DNA from: an uncultured bacterium
GTDB taxonomy: Bacteria > Patescibacteriota > Minisyncoccia > Phycocordibacterales > UBA6065
Length of the DNA: 64,000 bases
Reading direction: 5' to 3'
Assembly (NCBI GenBank): GCA_966243015.1
Contig: CBIMES010000002.1
Span: 117,458 to 181,457, forward strand
In this document: positions 62,943 through 64,000 of the stretch, one piece after another
Numbering within the stretch: the stretch's first letter is position 1
Layout: every line of letters starts with the position of its first letter
Translations under genes and position numbers: made by a program
The notes under the pieces: generated by a model
Seen by the model: only the letters and a program-made list of their open reading frames with translations
Databases searched by the model: none
What the model was told of the DNA's origin: nothing

Positions 62943-63392
62943 ATGAGACCCAAACTTGGTATTGCTCTTGTCGGCGTCAGTCTGTGTCTTCTCTCCGTTC
63001 CCATGCCGAGTTCGATGTCCCAGCGTCAGACTCAGTCGGTGAGCGTCATCGTCATTGATGTGTCGGGTATTCCCGCTCAGATGTTGCCTCTGCCCGGGTC
63101 CATACCTGTGCCCAAGCCGTTGCCCGTCGAGCCGGTCATCCCTCGGATTCCTCGACTCTGTGTCCCGGTATCCGGCGGGGACTTTGTTTCGTTTCGCACG
63201 CTCAAGCTTTCGGTCGCGATTCCCTCGTGGCCGATGGAAACAGCACCCTTGAGAGGTTTGACGCATACGGGACAAACGAGTCAGCAATACCCGTATGACA
63301 CGCTCGATCCGGGATTAGAATCTCGCCATGTGAGTCAGGAGAATACTTCGGCGGCCCTCTGTGGGGCCGCCTTTTTCTTTTCTATATCTTGA
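62943..63392 (+). CDS. Questionable ORF: putative small secreted Pro-rich protein occupying the position where rplA would be expected
   Basis: A signal-peptide-like N-terminus (MRPKLGIALVGVSLCLLSV) is present. However the last 14 codons translate a terminator hairpin (63351-63371), and the ORF overlaps the dcd 3' end by 11 nt. No family assignment. Confidence 0.25.
   Translation: MRPKLGIALVGVSLCLLSVPMPSSMSQRQTQSVSVIVIDVSGIPAQMLPLPGSIPVPKPLPVEPVIPRIPRLCVPVSGGDFVSFRTLKLSVAIPSWPMETAPLRGLTHTGQTSQQYPYDTLDPGLESRHVSQENTSAALCGAAFFFSIS
63350..63382. terminator. Bidirectional terminator
   Basis: GGCGGCCC-tctgt-GGGGCCGCC-TTTTTCTTTTC. Confidence 0.65.
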
Positions 63393-63909
63393 ATCTCTCT
63401 TTGAGTTCCCTGATGGCACCCTTTTGGATGAGATCTATCTCTTCCTCGTCCTGTCCCTTGAGTCCCGGGTTGTTTCGGATAGCGCCTTCGATGATGTCCT
63501 TTCCGTGATAGCGGTTCGTCTCGGTCGCGTCGGGGAGGGCGCTGCCGATTTCCTGTATGACGATCTGGCAGATGCGCTCGCCGGGGTAGAGCTTGATGAC
63601 TTGATGGGAGGTGTTGTTCTTCACGGGGATGGCAAGCTGGCCAGAGTACCCGGAATCCACTATTCCGGTGAGGTCGACGGAGAGGCCCCGACGGTTGACC
63701 GATGACCTCGGGTAGAGGACCGCCATGGCGTCGGTCGGCATGGTTATTTTCTCGAGGGTCGAGACGATGACGTGCTCGCCGGGGAGGATCTCGAAATACT
63801 GGCCCTGCTCGAGCTCGACTACGTCGAAATACTCGGGACGGTTCTTGTCCATGTGGTCGATCGACATTGCCTCGCGTCCCTTTGCCGACAGTCGCCATGA
63901 CTTTGGCAC
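63382..63909 (-). CDS. dcd: dCTP deaminase (dUTPase superfamily)
   Basis: …VDSGYSGQLAIPVKNNTSHQVIKLYPGERICQIV… is the dUTPase-fold motif III/IV region. 175 aa. Confidence 0.8.
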   Translation of the reverse strand: MPKSWRLSAKGREAMSIDHMDKNRPEYFDVVELEQGQYFEILPGEHVIVSTLEKITMPTDAMAVLYPRSSVNRRGLSVDLTGIVDSGYSGQLAIPVKNNTSHQVIKLYPGERICQIVIQEIGSALPDATETNRYHGKDIIEGAIRNNPGLKGQDEEEIDLIQKGAIRELKERFKI

Positions 63910-64000
63910 GAGGAACGTGTAGCCGAGTCGCAGGTCGATCGCGTGGGGGCGGAGCTGGAAGAGGTCGAGGGAGGGGGAGAGCTTGAGGCTGCCAGAGGCT

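Noticed and set aside
62943-63392. The ORF might encode a divergent L1 (rplA).
   Set aside because: Its sequence (Pro-rich, signal-peptide-like N-terminus, 149 aa) has none of the L1 conserved motifs and it is too short. Its 3' end is translated terminator sequence.
1-64000. CRISPR arrays and insertion sequences.
   Set aside because: No regularly spaced direct repeats, no cas-like ORFs and no transposase-like ORFs were seen. The only repeat family found is the 57-nt hairpin element.

Overview
This window is a GC-rich stretch of bacterial chromosome that contains the replication origin. The rpmH-rnpA-yidC genes on the minus strand face dnaA-dnaN on the plus strand, and the AT-rich dnaA-dnaN spacer is rich in DnaA-box-like 9-mers. 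Several traits recall reduced Patescibacteria/CPR-like genomes: a short YidC, a PolA without a 3'-5' exonuclease domain, a compact YebC, no rplA after rplK, and many secreted or membrane-anchored hypothetical proteins; this is inference, not proof. Housekeeping content includes: xth; xerC/D; rpsO; a frameshifted comM; a LysM/M23 peptidase; uvrD; rsmA; PBP1A; tyrS; ruvC-yebC-ruvB, with ruvA located separately; a pilB-type ATPase; tsaE; polA; holA-like; fpg; an amidase; a Mur ligase; rpsT; rsuA; ruvX; csaA; dedA; rplS; ogt; folD; a SIMPL protein; secE-nusG-rplK; dcd; and seven tRNAs (Lys, Arg x2, Ser, Val, Leu, His). The most notable feature is a roughly 13-kb co-directional locus at 12.2-25.1 kb. 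It encodes a PrgI/VirB3-like protein, a VirB4-like ATPase split into two ORFs, a VirB6/TrbL-like polytopic membrane protein with a KEEKK-repeat tail, and a VirB2/TrbC-like two-helix pilin with a long coiled-coil extension. The same locus also holds an 816-aa secreted protein with a C-terminal discoidin (F5/8 type C) domain and several secreted proteins of unknown function. No relaxase or VirD4 coupling protein is visible. Other observations are a promoter- and terminator-bounded candidate sRNA at about 36.0-36.24 kb, a dispersed 57-nt conserved element held in long hairpins at two intergenic sites with compensatory stem changes, perfect TGTGGATAA DnaA boxes outside oriC, an L34 gene the ORF track missed, a DciA/DUF721-like ORF after dnaN, an extremely acidic small protein, and a lower-GC islet next to tRNA-His.
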